From IMG/VR virus record IMGVR_UViG_3300002597_000001, positions 32,001 through 96,000 of that record: a DNA stretch of 64,000 bases; one strand, written 5' to 3'. This document shows, one piece after another, positions 49,148 through 60,600 of the stretch; within the stretch, counting starts at the first letter, position 1, and each line of letters begins with the position of its first letter. Position numbers and translations under genes: made by a program. The notes below the pieces were generated by a model, which was not told the DNA's origin, ran no database searches, and saw nothing but the letters and a program-made list of their open reading frames with translations. Origin of the DNA: a virus. Its lineage: Duplodnaviria; Caudoviricetes.

Positions 49148-49948
49148 TTAATCAACCATAGGGATACACAACTCGTAATAACACCCGGCAGATCCGTATG
49201 TCAGGAAAACGCCTTGGTCCCCAAACGACACACCGATAGCATCTTTTGATGCGTTACCCGAACCCCATGCAGGGACGAAGACCTGACCGCTTACAACGCT
49301 CGGCATTCCACTGCTGACGATGCCAATATTGCTACTTGTTGACGGTGAGATGCACTTGATTTCGCCCATCAAGACATAAATACTGCCACGTCTGACGAGG
49401 CGGACGTCATTTAGCGTGTACTTGCTCGTATCTGATGAGGCGAAAACGGTGTTCACAGCATTACTATTGTCTTCATATGTCATCCAACTTCCCCATGTTC
49501 CGGCTGTGCGATATCGAATGTACAGCGTTCCCTCTGTTCTGCTCGTTGAATTTGAGCGAATCATCTGCATAGCAAAGTTGGCAGACGTGCCTTTCACACA
49601 GATGAGCGTTCCATATGAGTCAGATATCGGGAACGTGCCAGTGTGGCTGTATGGAGATTCACGACCGTACAGCCAGAAACCACTGGTAGTCCAGTTATCA
49701 ATGTTTGTATCAGCAGGGAGATACGATGAAAACTTACCATTTAGTTCAGTAAGGTCTGCCTCATGTTCCGCAATCGCCCCGGTGATTGTGGTGGCCGTGG
49801 TTCCCATAGAAGTGGACCCAATAATATCCGCAGACGACACGAGATTGTTGATTGTAGTTTTTCCGGTAGAACCACTGTCTTCAATAACGGTATACATGCT
49901 CCCAGATGGAGTTTTATTTGCAAGATCACTAATAGTGGTTGTAGACAT
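49148..49948 (-). CDS. tail fibre/receptor-binding protein with pyocin-knob-like domain
   Basis: ITGAIAE..LNGK then SGFW..P..YGTL..LYIRY..WGSW. Confidence 0.7.
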   Translation of the reverse strand: MSTTTISDLANKTPSGSMYTVIEDSGSTGKTTINNLVSSADIIGSTSMGTTATTITGAIAEHEADLTELNGKFSSYLPADTNIDNWTTSGFWLYGRESPYSHTGTFPISDSYGTLICVKGTSANFAMQMIRSNSTSRTEGTLYIRYRTAGTWGSWMTYEDNSNAVNTVFASSDTSKYTLNDVRLVRRGSIYVLMGEIKCISPSTSSNIGIVSSGMPSVVSGQVFVPAWGSGNASKDAIGVSFGDQGVFLTYGSAGCYYELCIPMVD

Positions 49949-50160
49949 TATTTATCATCTCCGTTCTGATTCATTTGTGCCGCCCATTGTTTTCGGTCCT
50001 CCTCGAGCTGTTGCTGTTGCAACATGCTGACTTTCCGGTGCAGATCTGCAATCACGGACTCGACGAGAATAAGCGGAACGCCGGAGGTGTTGACCACCTC
50101 TGTCAGTTTGTTCCTAAAATCTTCAACCCGTAGACTGATGGGCATTGTTGTAGTATCCAT
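49948..50160 (-). CDS. hypothetical protein
   Basis: RBS, ORF. Confidence 0.65.
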   Translation of the reverse strand: MDTTTMPISLRVEDFRNKLTEVVNTSGVPLILVESVIADLHRKVSMLQQQQLEEDRKQWAAQMNQNGDDK

Positions 50161-50171
50161 TTCATTCTCCT

Positions 50172-50591
50172 TTAAAATAAAATGTAGTGAGGATATGGCT
50201 CCCCCCAAAGGGTATAGCGCAAGCAATCATCAAGGAATATTGCGACGCCTGACAGCACAATCCACACAAGCGTGAACTGCGGGCATATTTGTCCGAGTAC
50301 ATTGCCCCATATATGCGAATAGTCCCAGATACCAAGTCCCAACCAAATGTTGAGAATGATACCCGAGACTAATTCAGCACCGGTAACAATTGCGGAGCCA
50401 AGGAGACACTGTAGCACCAACGACATATCCCATGTGAAATAATTGTTAATTCCGCCGATCAGGACAAATAGCACACCGCCAAGTACAAGCATAGTCCAGT
50501 GTGTATATCCACGCCACAACAGCTCGATAAAACCGTATGCTATGCCTCCGCAGAAGAATAAAAATAGAGTTTTATCAAAGCGCTTTCTCAT
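50172..50591 (-). CDS. four-TM membrane protein (ABC-permease-like family)
   Basis: IELLWRGYTHWTM..WDYS..GQICP. Confidence 0.75.
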   Translation of the reverse strand: MRKRFDKTLFLFFCGGIAYGFIELLWRGYTHWTMLVLGGVLFVLIGGINNYFTWDMSLVLQCLLGSAIVTGAELVSGIILNIWLGLGIWDYSHIWGNVLGQICPQFTLVWIVLSGVAIFLDDCLRYTLWGEPYPHYILF

Positions 50592-51178
50592 GATTCCTCC
50601 ATCTGTGCCAGCAATTGCTTGAGCACATCCGTCTGATACTCTTCCGGTATGGAGATTCCATATTGTACAGCTTCTACTTCCCGTATAGTTGTCATCGCCT
50701 GAATGTAAATTCGGAGACTATTAAAATAACTCTCATGGTAAATCTTCCAATGTGTGGCAACCCGGGAGATCGACAAAAACTCTTCGGCGGAATAGAATCT
50801 GCAATCCTCTCCATCTGCATGGTACGGAACGTATGGTTCTCCGGCGATTACAGATGCCTGAAGCGACATCATGTTAATCTGGTCTTCAATGTTTAGGCTG
50901 TAGTGGTAATCGCCAATCTGAATACCAGACGTAATTACTTCATTACACGCCGCAGACATCTGTGCAATCTTTTCTGCTTTGACATCCGCGACCGGCGTAT
51001 CATCCTTATAGAACGGGCGATACACTTTAACCTCTTCGTAGTCGTCATCTGCCCATGCAAACTTCTCAATGTTGTCTGGCGGCACAGCGTCTTCTTTAAT
51101 GACAATTGCCTGGGTCAGTTCACCAAGCGATAAATCATATTCTGTGATGGTAATGCCATCTTCGTTAATTACTCTCAT
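50588..51178 (-). CDS. DUF4376-like tail fibre accessory protein
   Basis: EDQIN..YHADGEDCRFYS. Confidence 0.7.
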   Translation of the reverse strand: MRVINEDGITITEYDLSLGELTQAIVIKEDAVPPDNIEKFAWADDDYEEVKVYRPFYKDDTPVADVKAEKIAQMSAACNEVITSGIQIGDYHYSLNIEDQINMMSLQASVIAGEPYVPYHADGEDCRFYSAEEFLSISRVATHWKIYHESYFNSLRIYIQAMTTIREVEAVQYGISIPEEYQTDVLKQLLAQMEES

Positions 51179-51192
51179 TACGATTACTCCCA

Positions 51193-54100
51193 TTAAATTG
51201 TGCCGAAGCACGTAAGCATGACACTGACAGCTTCAGACGTACCACGGTTTGTGGTTGACACAAGACGGAACGTCACTTTGCTGTTGCTGAATCCGGCATT
51301 TGCGACATATGCCAGCCAGTTTGCAGTGCTTCCGGCAACCACAAAATTACTATTGGTCGAGTATATCCACGGCGCAGCAATCTCAAACACATTGGAATAG
51401 TACAGGCTCCCGTTCGCGGTCCATGATGTAGGGGTAACCGAATGGACACCATAGAATCTAACATGCCCCTTCGCCGTTTTCTCGTATATCCAGTTGCCAG
51501 ATGTGCCGCTCAAGGTGATGATGTCATGAAGCTCACCTGTAAATCCATCCGCAGCATCGACACTCACATTGACATAGGCGCCGTCAATATCGACACGCTG
51601 TCCAGTAATATTGATATAAAAGGGGCTCTCAAGGGTTAAATTGTTAAAGGAATATATTTTCACGTTGCTGTTCGCGTCGGCTGTGATTTGATAATAACCG
51701 TTGTCAAACCAGATATTGCCAGTGGCCGTAATATTGTTTGCGAACAGGTCGTTGACATCTATTAGCGAAGAACTCAGGGTCCCGGTGGTAATATTACTTG
51801 CGTCCATGTTACTGACTGTCACAATTGACGCGTCAATTGTACCGGCCTTGATATATGTTCCATTAACGTAGAGATTGCCATTATCCATATAGATACCCTG
51901 GAGCCGTCCATTATCTGTCAGGCGGTTAAAAACCCCTTGTACATCAAGGCTGTTATCCAGATCCGTGACTGCCTGATTGGCGCTGTTGATCGCCGCAGCC
52001 AATATCGGATCAGTATACTCAACACTAATACTGCCGCCGTCCTGATATGTAATCTTGCTCCGGGTCCACAGATAGTGTCCATCCTCCCATTCGGGCTGAT
52101 TGGTTGACCACCCGCCATTGCGGCACTGCGTGGAAGACGTTGACAAATAGTATTCATCCTCCACGGTTTTTGTCTCTCTGCCGCGTATGCGAGACCACGT
52201 ATAATCGTTTGGATCGGAACTGTCGTTGATGTTAGTATCCGTATATACACCAATCCACATAGCGCCATCAAATTCCGACGTGCTGAATCGGTACACCGTA
52301 GACAGGACGTCTCCAGACTTTGTCACAAGAGAGTCGCCTGCGATTGTAACCAACTCGGCGGGATAGTTATCAGAATAGGCAAAGTGAACGTAGTACGTGT
52401 CACCATCCTCGCCAGCTTGCCCCGGGATGCCCTGTGCGCCATCCTCACCAGCGAATCTGCTCCATGTGTATGATGCGGCAGTAGCAGGGGCCGTTGCATC
52501 AGTGCCGGAATAGATACCAATATAGGCGTCGCCGGTCTGCCACACGGCATGCATATTGGACCCATCCGCAGATGCGGAATACCTGATATAAACGAAATAG
52601 CCGTCGCCCTGGACGCCGCGATCACCCTGGTCGCCATAAGCGCCAATGATGCAAGGCGTGGATGTGTAGGCGTTGCCGTCCGTATAGGTAACTACTTCGT
52701 AATTCCACAGATATTTATTGGAGTTGGAGATGGTCTGTACAGTGGTTGTCCAGTTATATGTGGTGTGATCCGTGGTAACTCCCGTTGACAAATTCGTTGC
52801 CAGATAGTATTCCACAATACTGCTGATACCAACACCGGCGTCGCCCCACACACCGATCACGCACTTGGAGCCAGTGTCTGTAGAGCTATCTGTGTAGGTC
52901 ACCACTTCGTAGTTCCACAGGTAACGGTTGGTTGCATCTAACGTCGGAACCGTCGTGCTGAAATCGATATCAGCCGGGGCACTCGTCTTGGACGTGCTCA
53001 CAGCGTAATACTCCGTCACACTCTGGATTCCAACGCCGGTGTCGCCCTTTGCGCCGGTATCCCCATATACGCCAATGATGCACGGGGTTGAAGTATAAGA
53101 CGTGTTGTTGGTGTACCCAACCACCTCATAATTCCAAAGGTACTTATCCGTCTTTGTCACCGTCTGTACAGTGGTAGTCCACCCGGTCGATCCCGTGGTG
53201 ATTCCGCTGACGTTTGGTGAGGCCAGATAGTAATTCGTAATAGAATTGATCCCAACGCCATCGTCACCATCGTCGCCGTCTTCTCCGAACACGCCGATCA
53301 CATGCTTGGTGGTTCTTTCGGTGGAGCCATCAGAATATAGCGTTACCTCATAATTCCACAAATATTTATTCGTGGCGTCCATGAGTGGTACGTCTGTGCC
53401 AAACGATGCATCAGCCGGGGCCGTACTCGAAGACGAACTTACGGCGTAGTATTCTGTGACGCCAGTCACGCTGACGCCAGCTGCACCCTGAATACAAACA
53501 GGGGAGGAGTAGGTGATCGTTCCCTCGCCATCTGTCAGCTTTGTGCGTTGCCAAACATATTGGCCGCTTGTCCACGTCGGGGTGCTCGTGCTCCAGCCCG
53601 TCGTGGGGGCTGTGCTCGATGTGCCGCCAACGGCATATTCGACATCCACATCTGTGATTGTGCTTTCTTTGGTGGCATACGCGGACAGATGGAAGTCGCC
53701 TGTCTCCATATCCCAATAGTTGAGTCCGGCTGCATCCTGTAACCTCCCGGTGATGGTCACCGTGTCGGCGTTCAAGATTGCATACTGACCAAATTCACCA
53801 TAAATATTTTCGGCAATCACTCCATATTTTTCTTCACCATTTACAACGATTTTTCCAATGGCTGTTTTAACGGTTGCCCAAGAATCATCTGTAAAAGCCA
53901 ATGTGGAGTTAATGAGCCGGACCTGTTCTGGGGAATAAGATCCGATGGAATCATCCCAACGCTTACCAAGCAAACCAAAGTCTCCAAAGCTCATGTCTTG
54001 GTTATTTGCATTGGACATGATCAGCGTCTTTGTCGCGTCAATTCCATTCTTGTACCACTCCGACATACTCTTATTTGCGTCCTCACCCTTGGATGCCTGT

Positions 54101-56391
54101 CTTGTGACAGCGCCATAAGACGTTGCCATTGACCGGGCCGCAGATAGAACGGAGGCAATGTCAGACACGCCAGTCTGGATCGCCAACACATCCGAGAACT
54201 CCACATCGATGCTTTGAATATCTCCGAAGTCTATCTCAAAGGAGACCATACGAAGCTTATATCCGCGTCCGTCTACGATAACATAGATCCAGTTACCAAC
54301 ATCGAATGCATTCGTCAGATTCTCGAACTCTTTCATCGCAAGCAGATTGGCAAGACTCGCAGAAATAGAATGTTGCAAGGTGCTTGACTTATAAAGTTCT
54401 GTATTTGCTGCTTCGTAAAATCTCTTCGCGTTCTCAATGATTTCTGCGTTGTTCAATCCGTCAGATACGTAATTGTTATTGGAATACTCATCTTCGCGCC
54501 TGTAGGCGACAAATTCCTTCCAAAGTGTTTCACCTATATAAGCTTCAAAATCCAACGTATCGTGAACATCGTTGATCATTGAAACGATGGTTTGAAGAAT
54601 GCCTCTGTGATTGTCGAGAGTTCCGACGGTCTCCAGTTCCTGCGTTCTGAGTATTATTTCAGACTCAATCGCCTGAAGCTTGTTGTAGTACCCAGTATAG
54701 ATACTATGTGTCTCGGCACCGGATGCACCAGCACCTTGGTCGATCAGCACAGCCAAACACGCCTGACAACATTCATCAAACGATTCCAGACAGTCTAGGC
54801 TATAGTGCGTCAGTGCCTGTGCAAAATCTGCAATTGACATGCCGAACAGACCTGTGATGTCATACTGATTCGCGCCGTACTCTGCGATTTTCTTCTGTAC
54901 CAGCTCTTCGGCATAAGACGAAGACGAACCGGTTGCTGTGACCGTCATAGCGCTAGTTGTCGCTGTATCCGACTCATCACTCCAGTTGGTCAGCGTAATG
55001 GTTCCACGCCAAGTTGGCTTGCTATACGATGTCGTGTTCACATCAACATTGTAGACCTCGGTATGAACATATAACTTTGCCAGCGACTTAATGGCCAGAG
55101 CAACTGTGGCAGCGGAGGCGGTGTTCAAGTTCGTGACGGCCACGCTCGTGATGTTAGACACAATTGTGGCGCATTGAGCCGCCGCGCTGGGGACCACGTA
55201 CTGATAGGTCGGCATCATAGATGTCTGCAAATAGCCACTAAAATCAAGTGCCGCGTACTCAGCCTCTACAAGAGACGCAGATCCAGTGAGCTCAATGTCA
55301 TTTCCCGAAACGGTGGTACCGCCAGAATAAATGTGTTGGAGACTGCTGTTGTCTCCCTTGTACTTATCGACCAGTGTATTGTAATCGCTGGAATCGATAT
55401 CAAAAATTCGGTCATCGGCGTAAGTCTGATAGAGCTGGTCATAGGCGTCAATCCGATCCACAAGAGCGTCGGACATGTCGGCTTTCATTTCGTCTGTGAT
55501 TCGCCAAATATAAGATGAGCCGTTTGGATTGCAAGAGCGGATCGCCGCCGTCATAACCTCGTCCCCGGCCTCAAGCCGGAAGCAGTTCTTCACAGAATCT
55601 ACGTTAGTAGAATAATTGATATTGTCAGCCAGATTCTCCTTTGCGATCACAATTCCGGTGCTCTTGCCGTATCCTGGCGTGTAGGATGTACTCCCACACT
55701 TCGGACAAACCTCGCCCTCGAACCTCCTGCCACAAGAGGAGCATTGGTTCATCAGGTCGTATGCACTAATTGTGCGCACAATCTGGTTATCATCGTCCAG
55801 CCCGGAACCGTACACGAACAGACACCCGACTTCCTCTCCGACAGCAACAAACGCATCTATGACTGCTGTGTTGTCAAATGAGAATGTCCTTTGAATAGAT
55901 TTCAGTGAACTGTCTACATGATCAATCTCGTAGTGCGGAGCCTTATACAGTAACCTATCCAGTAACGAGATGGATGCGTCTGCATTATAAAACACAGTCG
56001 GCTTCTTATAGTCCGCCCTCGCGATATCGCTTTCTGTGTTGATCTCAACCCCGTACAGTTCAAGCTGCGACAACTCCGATTCAGACAACGCCTTACCAAT
56101 TACGTTCTTTACGGTCTCATCAGACTCGTCAACCTCGGCACTGATCTCAAATGTCTTATTGATATCCTTATACCAAACTACCTTAAAATCAACGACAGAA
56201 CCCCATAATGGATTTGTTTCCCCATCAACTGTTTTATGGACACGAAATGAGATCTCGTCTGCGCTATTCAGGCTGCGAACATAGTGTGTTCTGTCAAAGC
56301 CATATAGTCTTCCAAGCTTGGTGCCGCTCTTGGTCATCAGAATAAGCTCGGGATCCGCAACAACATGATCCCGGTCAAATTGCAAAACCAT
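51193..56391 (-). CDS. large tail spike/host-specificity protein with tandem repeats
   Basis: 1732 aa; repeated EYY..YLWNYEV..IGVxG units with collagen-like linkers. Confidence 0.82.
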   Translation of the reverse strand: MVLQFDRDHVVADPELILMTKSGTKLGRLYGFDRTHYVRSLNSADEISFRVHKTVDGETNPLWGSVVDFKVVWYKDINKTFEISAEVDESDETVKNVIGKALSESELSQLELYGVEINTESDIARADYKKPTVFYNADASISLLDRLLYKAPHYEIDHVDSSLKSIQRTFSFDNTAVIDAFVAVGEEVGCLFVYGSGLDDDNQIVRTISAYDLMNQCSSCGRRFEGEVCPKCGSTSYTPGYGKSTGIVIAKENLADNINYSTNVDSVKNCFRLEAGDEVMTAAIRSCNPNGSSYIWRITDEMKADMSDALVDRIDAYDQLYQTYADDRIFDIDSSDYNTLVDKYKGDNSSLQHIYSGGTTVSGNDIELTGSASLVEAEYAALDFSGYLQTSMMPTYQYVVPSAAAQCATIVSNITSVAVTNLNTASAATVALAIKSLAKLYVHTEVYNVDVNTTSYSKPTWRGTITLTNWSDESDTATTSAMTVTATGSSSSYAEELVQKKIAEYGANQYDITGLFGMSIADFAQALTHYSLDCLESFDECCQACLAVLIDQGAGASGAETHSIYTGYYNKLQAIESEIILRTQELETVGTLDNHRGILQTIVSMINDVHDTLDFEAYIGETLWKEFVAYRREDEYSNNNYVSDGLNNAEIIENAKRFYEAANTELYKSSTLQHSISASLANLLAMKEFENLTNAFDVGNWIYVIVDGRGYKLRMVSFEIDFGDIQSIDVEFSDVLAIQTGVSDIASVLSAARSMATSYGAVTRQASKGEDANKSMSEWYKNGIDATKTLIMSNANNQDMSFGDFGLLGKRWDDSIGSYSPEQVRLINSTLAFTDDSWATVKTAIGKIVVNGEEKYGVIAENIYGEFGQYAILNADTVTITGRLQDAAGLNYWDMETGDFHLSAYATKESTITDVDVEYAVGGTSSTAPTTGWSTSTPTWTSGQYVWQRTKLTDGEGTITYSSPVCIQGAAGVSVTGVTEYYAVSSSSSTAPADASFGTDVPLMDATNKYLWNYEVTLYSDGSTERTTKHVIGVFGEDGDDGDDGVGINSITNYYLASPNVSGITTGSTGWTTTVQTVTKTDKYLWNYEVVGYTNNTSYTSTPCIIGVYGDTGAKGDTGVGIQSVTEYYAVSTSKTSAPADIDFSTTVPTLDATNRYLWNYEVVTYTDSSTDTGSKCVIGVWGDAGVGISSIVEYYLATNLSTGVTTDHTTYNWTTTVQTISNSNKYLWNYEVVTYTDGNAYTSTPCIIGAYGDQGDRGVQGDGYFVYIRYSASADGSNMHAVWQTGDAYIGIYSGTDATAPATAASYTWSRFAGEDGAQGIPGQAGEDGDTYYVHFAYSDNYPAELVTIAGDSLVTKSGDVLSTVYRFSTSEFDGAMWIGVYTDTNINDSSDPNDYTWSRIRGRETKTVEDEYYLSTSSTQCRNGGWSTNQPEWEDGHYLWTRSKITYQDGGSISVEYTDPILAAAINSANQAVTDLDNSLDVQGVFNRLTDNGRLQGIYMDNGNLYVNGTYIKAGTIDASIVTVSNMDASNITTGTLSSSLIDVNDLFANNITATGNIWFDNGYYQITADANSNVKIYSFNNLTLESPFYINITGQRVDIDGAYVNVSVDAADGFTGELHDIITLSGTSGNWIYEKTAKGHVRFYGVHSVTPTSWTANGSLYYSNVFEIAAPWIYSTNSNFVVAGSTANWLAYVANAGFSNSKVTFRLVSTTNRGTSEAVSVMLTCFGTI

Positions 56392-57278
56392 CAGAACACC
56401 ACCTTCCGCCAGGGTGTATATTTAACCGCAATCGTACAGGGGAGGGTGGAGGTATATATATTTGCGATTCCACGAGTAATCAGAAGGGTACCATCGCCTT
56501 GTGTGGTAATGGCCTGTGACTGCAAAGTCTCAATAGATGTCTCTTCTGTCATCCCCGCAAGCTCATCAATGTTAGCAGTAGATACAAGCTTTGGGTATAC
56601 AAAATTGAAGTGGTCATAAATCGCACGACCACTAGATGATGTAATGGTCATGGTCTTGCCATCGATGGTGATGATCTCGCCGTTCTGACAATCTGTGAAT
56701 GTCGTCACGCGGTTGTCATAGTGGTTTTCCAAAGACAGTGTTCCAGCTGCGTTACATGTAATCACAAAAGAATCAAACGGGATGTCGCCAAACTCATCGG
56801 AGTTGTCATCTATGATGTGGGATGAGTTGGCGGTGAGAGAGAAAGAGTCTTGAATTTGGTTGCCATATCCAAACGGGGCGTTACTGGTAAATTCCAGATT
56901 GAAGCCCACGATGCGCCCGAGATGCTCGACCTTCTCGATGTTGAAAGTTCCATAAAAACAGATCCCGACTAATTCATCTGCCAGAATCCGAAGCTTTTTA
57001 TATTGTTTTTGGTTCAACCAATGCATGATATATCTGTATTCGCCGGTTGTCACCGTAGCGCCATCTGGTTTACAGATACTAATGTTAGCGGTGAACACCT
57101 CGTCGTAGTGTGTGGCAACCAGAGGGAAAGCTCTCCCACTGCGAGTAGAAATCGTGTCGAACGACAGGGCAGACCCTGCGGTTGTCGCTTCCAATCCAGA
57201 ACCAGAATCAAACTGGACAATCTCCATGCCTATATCCGAAAGAAGCCTGCCATCATATTCAAAGTCTTCCGCTCGCAT
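56391..57278 (-). CDS. distal tail (Dit)-like protein
   Basis: DFEYDG..LSD, FTSNAPFGY; between TMP and tail spike. Confidence 0.72.
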   Translation of the reverse strand: MRAEDFEYDGRLLSDIGMEIVQFDSGSGLEATTAGSALSFDTISTRSGRAFPLVATHYDEVFTANISICKPDGATVTTGEYRYIMHWLNQKQYKKLRILADELVGICFYGTFNIEKVEHLGRIVGFNLEFTSNAPFGYGNQIQDSFSLTANSSHIIDDNSDEFGDIPFDSFVITCNAAGTLSLENHYDNRVTTFTDCQNGEIITIDGKTMTITSSSGRAIYDHFNFVYPKLVSTANIDELAGMTEETSIETLQSQAITTQGDGTLLITRGIANIYTSTLPCTIAVKYTPWRKVVF

Positions 57279-57296
57279 ATGTTCACCTCCTTAGTG

Positions 57297-57629
57297 TTAT
57301 TGCATTCTTTTAATTGATTTCAAAAATTTGTTCATCTTATCGCGATACGCATCCCGTTCTTGCTTCATATTTGCCAGTGCCTGCTTATACTGAGCGCATA
57401 ACTTTTCGGCCTCAGACAGTGCATCTGCGTAGGCGATCTTGGCCTTTTCTACCTCGGCCTTCGCCGCCTCCAGTTCCGCTTCGCGCTGTTTCAACGCATT
57501 GCGCTCACTGGCAATATCTCTTTCAAGACTGGCCATCTCAGAATTCAATGATTTAATAGTTTCCGCTTGGCGCTGAATCGTTTGCTTCTGGCGCTCAAGC
57601 CGTCTGTCTCGTATCATAATTACCCCCAA
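57297..57629 (-). CDS. coiled-coil hypothetical protein
   Basis: heptad-rich ORF. Confidence 0.65.
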   Translation of the reverse strand: MGVIMIRDRRLERQKQTIQRQAETIKSLNSEMASLERDIASERNALKQREAELEAAKAEVEKAKIAYADALSEAEKLCAQYKQALANMKQERDAYRDKMNKFLKSIKRMQ

Positions 57630-57639
57630 ACGTGATTAA

Positions 57640-57660
57640 GGAGGCGGTTTCCCGCCTCCC
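57640..57660. terminator. hairpin after TMP
   Basis: GGAGGCGG-TTTC-CCGCCTCC. Confidence 0.55.
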
Positions 57661-57665
57661 GTCAC

Positions 57666-60600
57666 TTACATATACGTATACTTTGATAATGAACTTCCGC
57701 CATTCATGCGGTCAATTGTAATTGACTGAATGAACTTCTCGAACTCGCGGCTCTGCATCTGTTTCCGCAACTGAGCAACGAAGTCATTGTAGTTCTCGAC
57801 ATGTTCAATTGGGATATTAAGCTGCCCAATGGACACATCCCCGCCTTGTATTGGCGTGTAAGCAGACTTGCCCATCGCCGCCGACAGCGCGGAGGGAATC
57901 GAGACCTGAGAGCGGTTGCTGATTGCACGAAGCGAGTCGCGAAGATCGATAAAGTTTTTGGTGTCGGCTGCGCTCAGAATAGACTCGGGGCTAGAGGAAG
58001 AGCCGTCAACCCATGCAGGACCCGTAAAATCAATCAGACCGCCGTTCTTGTACTTCGGCGAGTTAAAGGTCGGATACGCAGACAGCGCTGGCTTACCGCG
58101 CTTAACCCACGCCGCGTACAGTTCGTTATAATGTGCGTTGATATAATCCTGCACCTTCTCGCCCGTGCCAGCCGGATACTTGGAGTTAATACGCCCGACC
58201 CGAACGGGGGCAGTTCCCCATCCGGTAGCGCTACTGCCGTAGATCCAGATTGCCTCTGCAATCTTGGCGATTGTATCGCTCGTCACCTGATCATTCTTTG
58301 TGACAGCCGCCGCTGGTTTTGTGGTTGTGGTTTTCGTGGTCGTAGTCTTTGCCGGTGCCTTCGCCGCCGTTGTCGTGGTCGTACTCGACACCTTGGCCTT
58401 TGCAGTGGCGTCGCTCTGAGCCTTAATTGCTCCCATCTTTTCGGCAATTTTTCTCAATACCTCATTGATGGTCGTAAAGCTAGTAGTAAAGCCATCTCCA
58501 TACGCCTTCATCACAGCTATCGGTCCGTTTTCACCAGCAATCTTAGTCCAAATATCAGACATGCCTTGTGTTAACTTATAGCCAACACTATCTGCTGTGG
58601 TGAACAGTGTATTCCGAATGCTGCTTGTATCACCACCGACAAGATCTGCGGCAAGGTTCTCACCAAGCGCCGCCATGGCCTCATTAACAGATACAAAGCC
58701 GCCGCCATTGTCTATTGCAAACGCATTGATGACAGCGATCACATCGTTCAGAAGCGTGTCTACGTTCTGAACCTCCCACGACTAAAGTCGCGGGTTCCCG
58801 GTCAAGGCTCCCAACGAAGCCAGATTCCCCGGGCTATCCCCGTAGTTCCTACGGTTCTACATATGTTATTAGGACGCAAGTCCTTGAACTAAAATATTGT
58901 TAGCAGCATTTACATCTCTATCGTGGTGTGTTCCACAACAAGGGCAAGTCCATTCTCTGACAGACAAATCCTTTGCCTCCTTGTTGATGTAACCACACAC
59001 GCTACACGTCTGACTGCTTGCATACCACTTATCTACTCTTTTGATTTCTCGTCCATACCAGTTAGCCTTATATTCTAACTGTCTGGTGAATTCGCTCCAT
59101 GAGACATCTGCGATATTACGAGCAAGACTATGATTTTGGATCATATTCTTTACCTGCAAATCTTCAACGCAAATAATGTCATGCCCACGAATTAGCTCTG
59201 TAGATAATTTCTGCAAGTAGTCATTTCTCTGATTGGCGATATGCTCCTGAAGCCTAGCAACTTTGATTCTCGCCTTATTCCAATTCTTCCCACCTCTTGT
59301 TTTTCGAGACAGGCTTCTTTGCAATTTAGCAAGTTTATCTAATGACTGCTGTAGATACTTCGGGTTTGCATATTTTTTGCCGTCAGATGTAATAGCGAAC
59401 TCTTTGATTCCAAGATCAATCCCGACCACAGAGCCAGTCAACGGCAGTTGCTCCATCTCTACATCTGCACAGCAAAGGGAAATATAATACTTCCCTGAAG
59501 GCATTTGCGAGATCGTTGCATTGAGTATCCTACCATTTGGAATCTGTTTGTCTCTGATTTTTACAAAACCAAGCTTCGGAAGCTTAATATGATCTCCAAA
59601 GAATTCGATATTATTATTTGTAAAAGATGTCCTATATGAGTGTTTATGAATTTTCTTTGACTTAAACTTCGGGTAACCAGAATGCTCAATAAAAAATTTC
59701 TTATAAGCATTGTCTAAATCTCTTAAAGAGTTCTGCAATGCGAACTTATCAACCTCTTTTAGCCATTCTAATTCACGCTTTAGTTGTGTCAAATCCGCAC
59801 AACACTTATTGTAAGTCAAAGTTTCTTTGCTGTCTTCATATAGCTTAATGCGTTTGGAAAGGTAGTAATTATATACAAAGCGAGAACATCCAAATGTTTT
59901 AGCAATAAGCATTCGCTGTTCCTTATTTGGATATGCTCGAAACTTGTATGCCTTTTCCATATGCTCACCTACTTTTCTTTTTGACTACGTACGTATTCGA
60001 TGATTTGCGATTCTGTTTTCTCAGATACTGTGGCAACGAAATAGCTTGGATTCCATAGGTGACCATTCCACAATTGCCTCCGCAACGTATCTCCATACAT
60101 CTTGAATAAATATCTCGCCGAAACACCCTTCATGGCTTTGATCATATTCGGGATGTAGTGCTGCGGGGAGCAATCGATTAATAAATGGATATGGTCTAAA
60201 TCGCCATTACACTCAAGTATCCTAAACCCATTGTCTTGTGCAATGTTGTTGAGAATGTCAAACAACGAACACTCAACAGATGGGGTCAAAACCTTACGCC
60301 TATATTTCACGCACCAGACAATGTGGTACTGGATCGAATATACATAGCCGCGCCCATGTGTTACATCCACTGAAATCACCTCAGTGTAATAATAACATAT
60401 GTATAAAGAAATGACAAGTGATCTCAACAATAATTTACATTTTATTAATAACATATGTAGAGCCATAGGACCCACTTTAATCGTATTAGAGGTTGTCGTT
60501 CACATAGGGTCGCTAGTCCTATGCAGTTCTCTTATGAACTTCTTACACTTTCATGTAAGCACAGACTATATCTTATCCCTCGGCATTATCCGTTAGGGCC

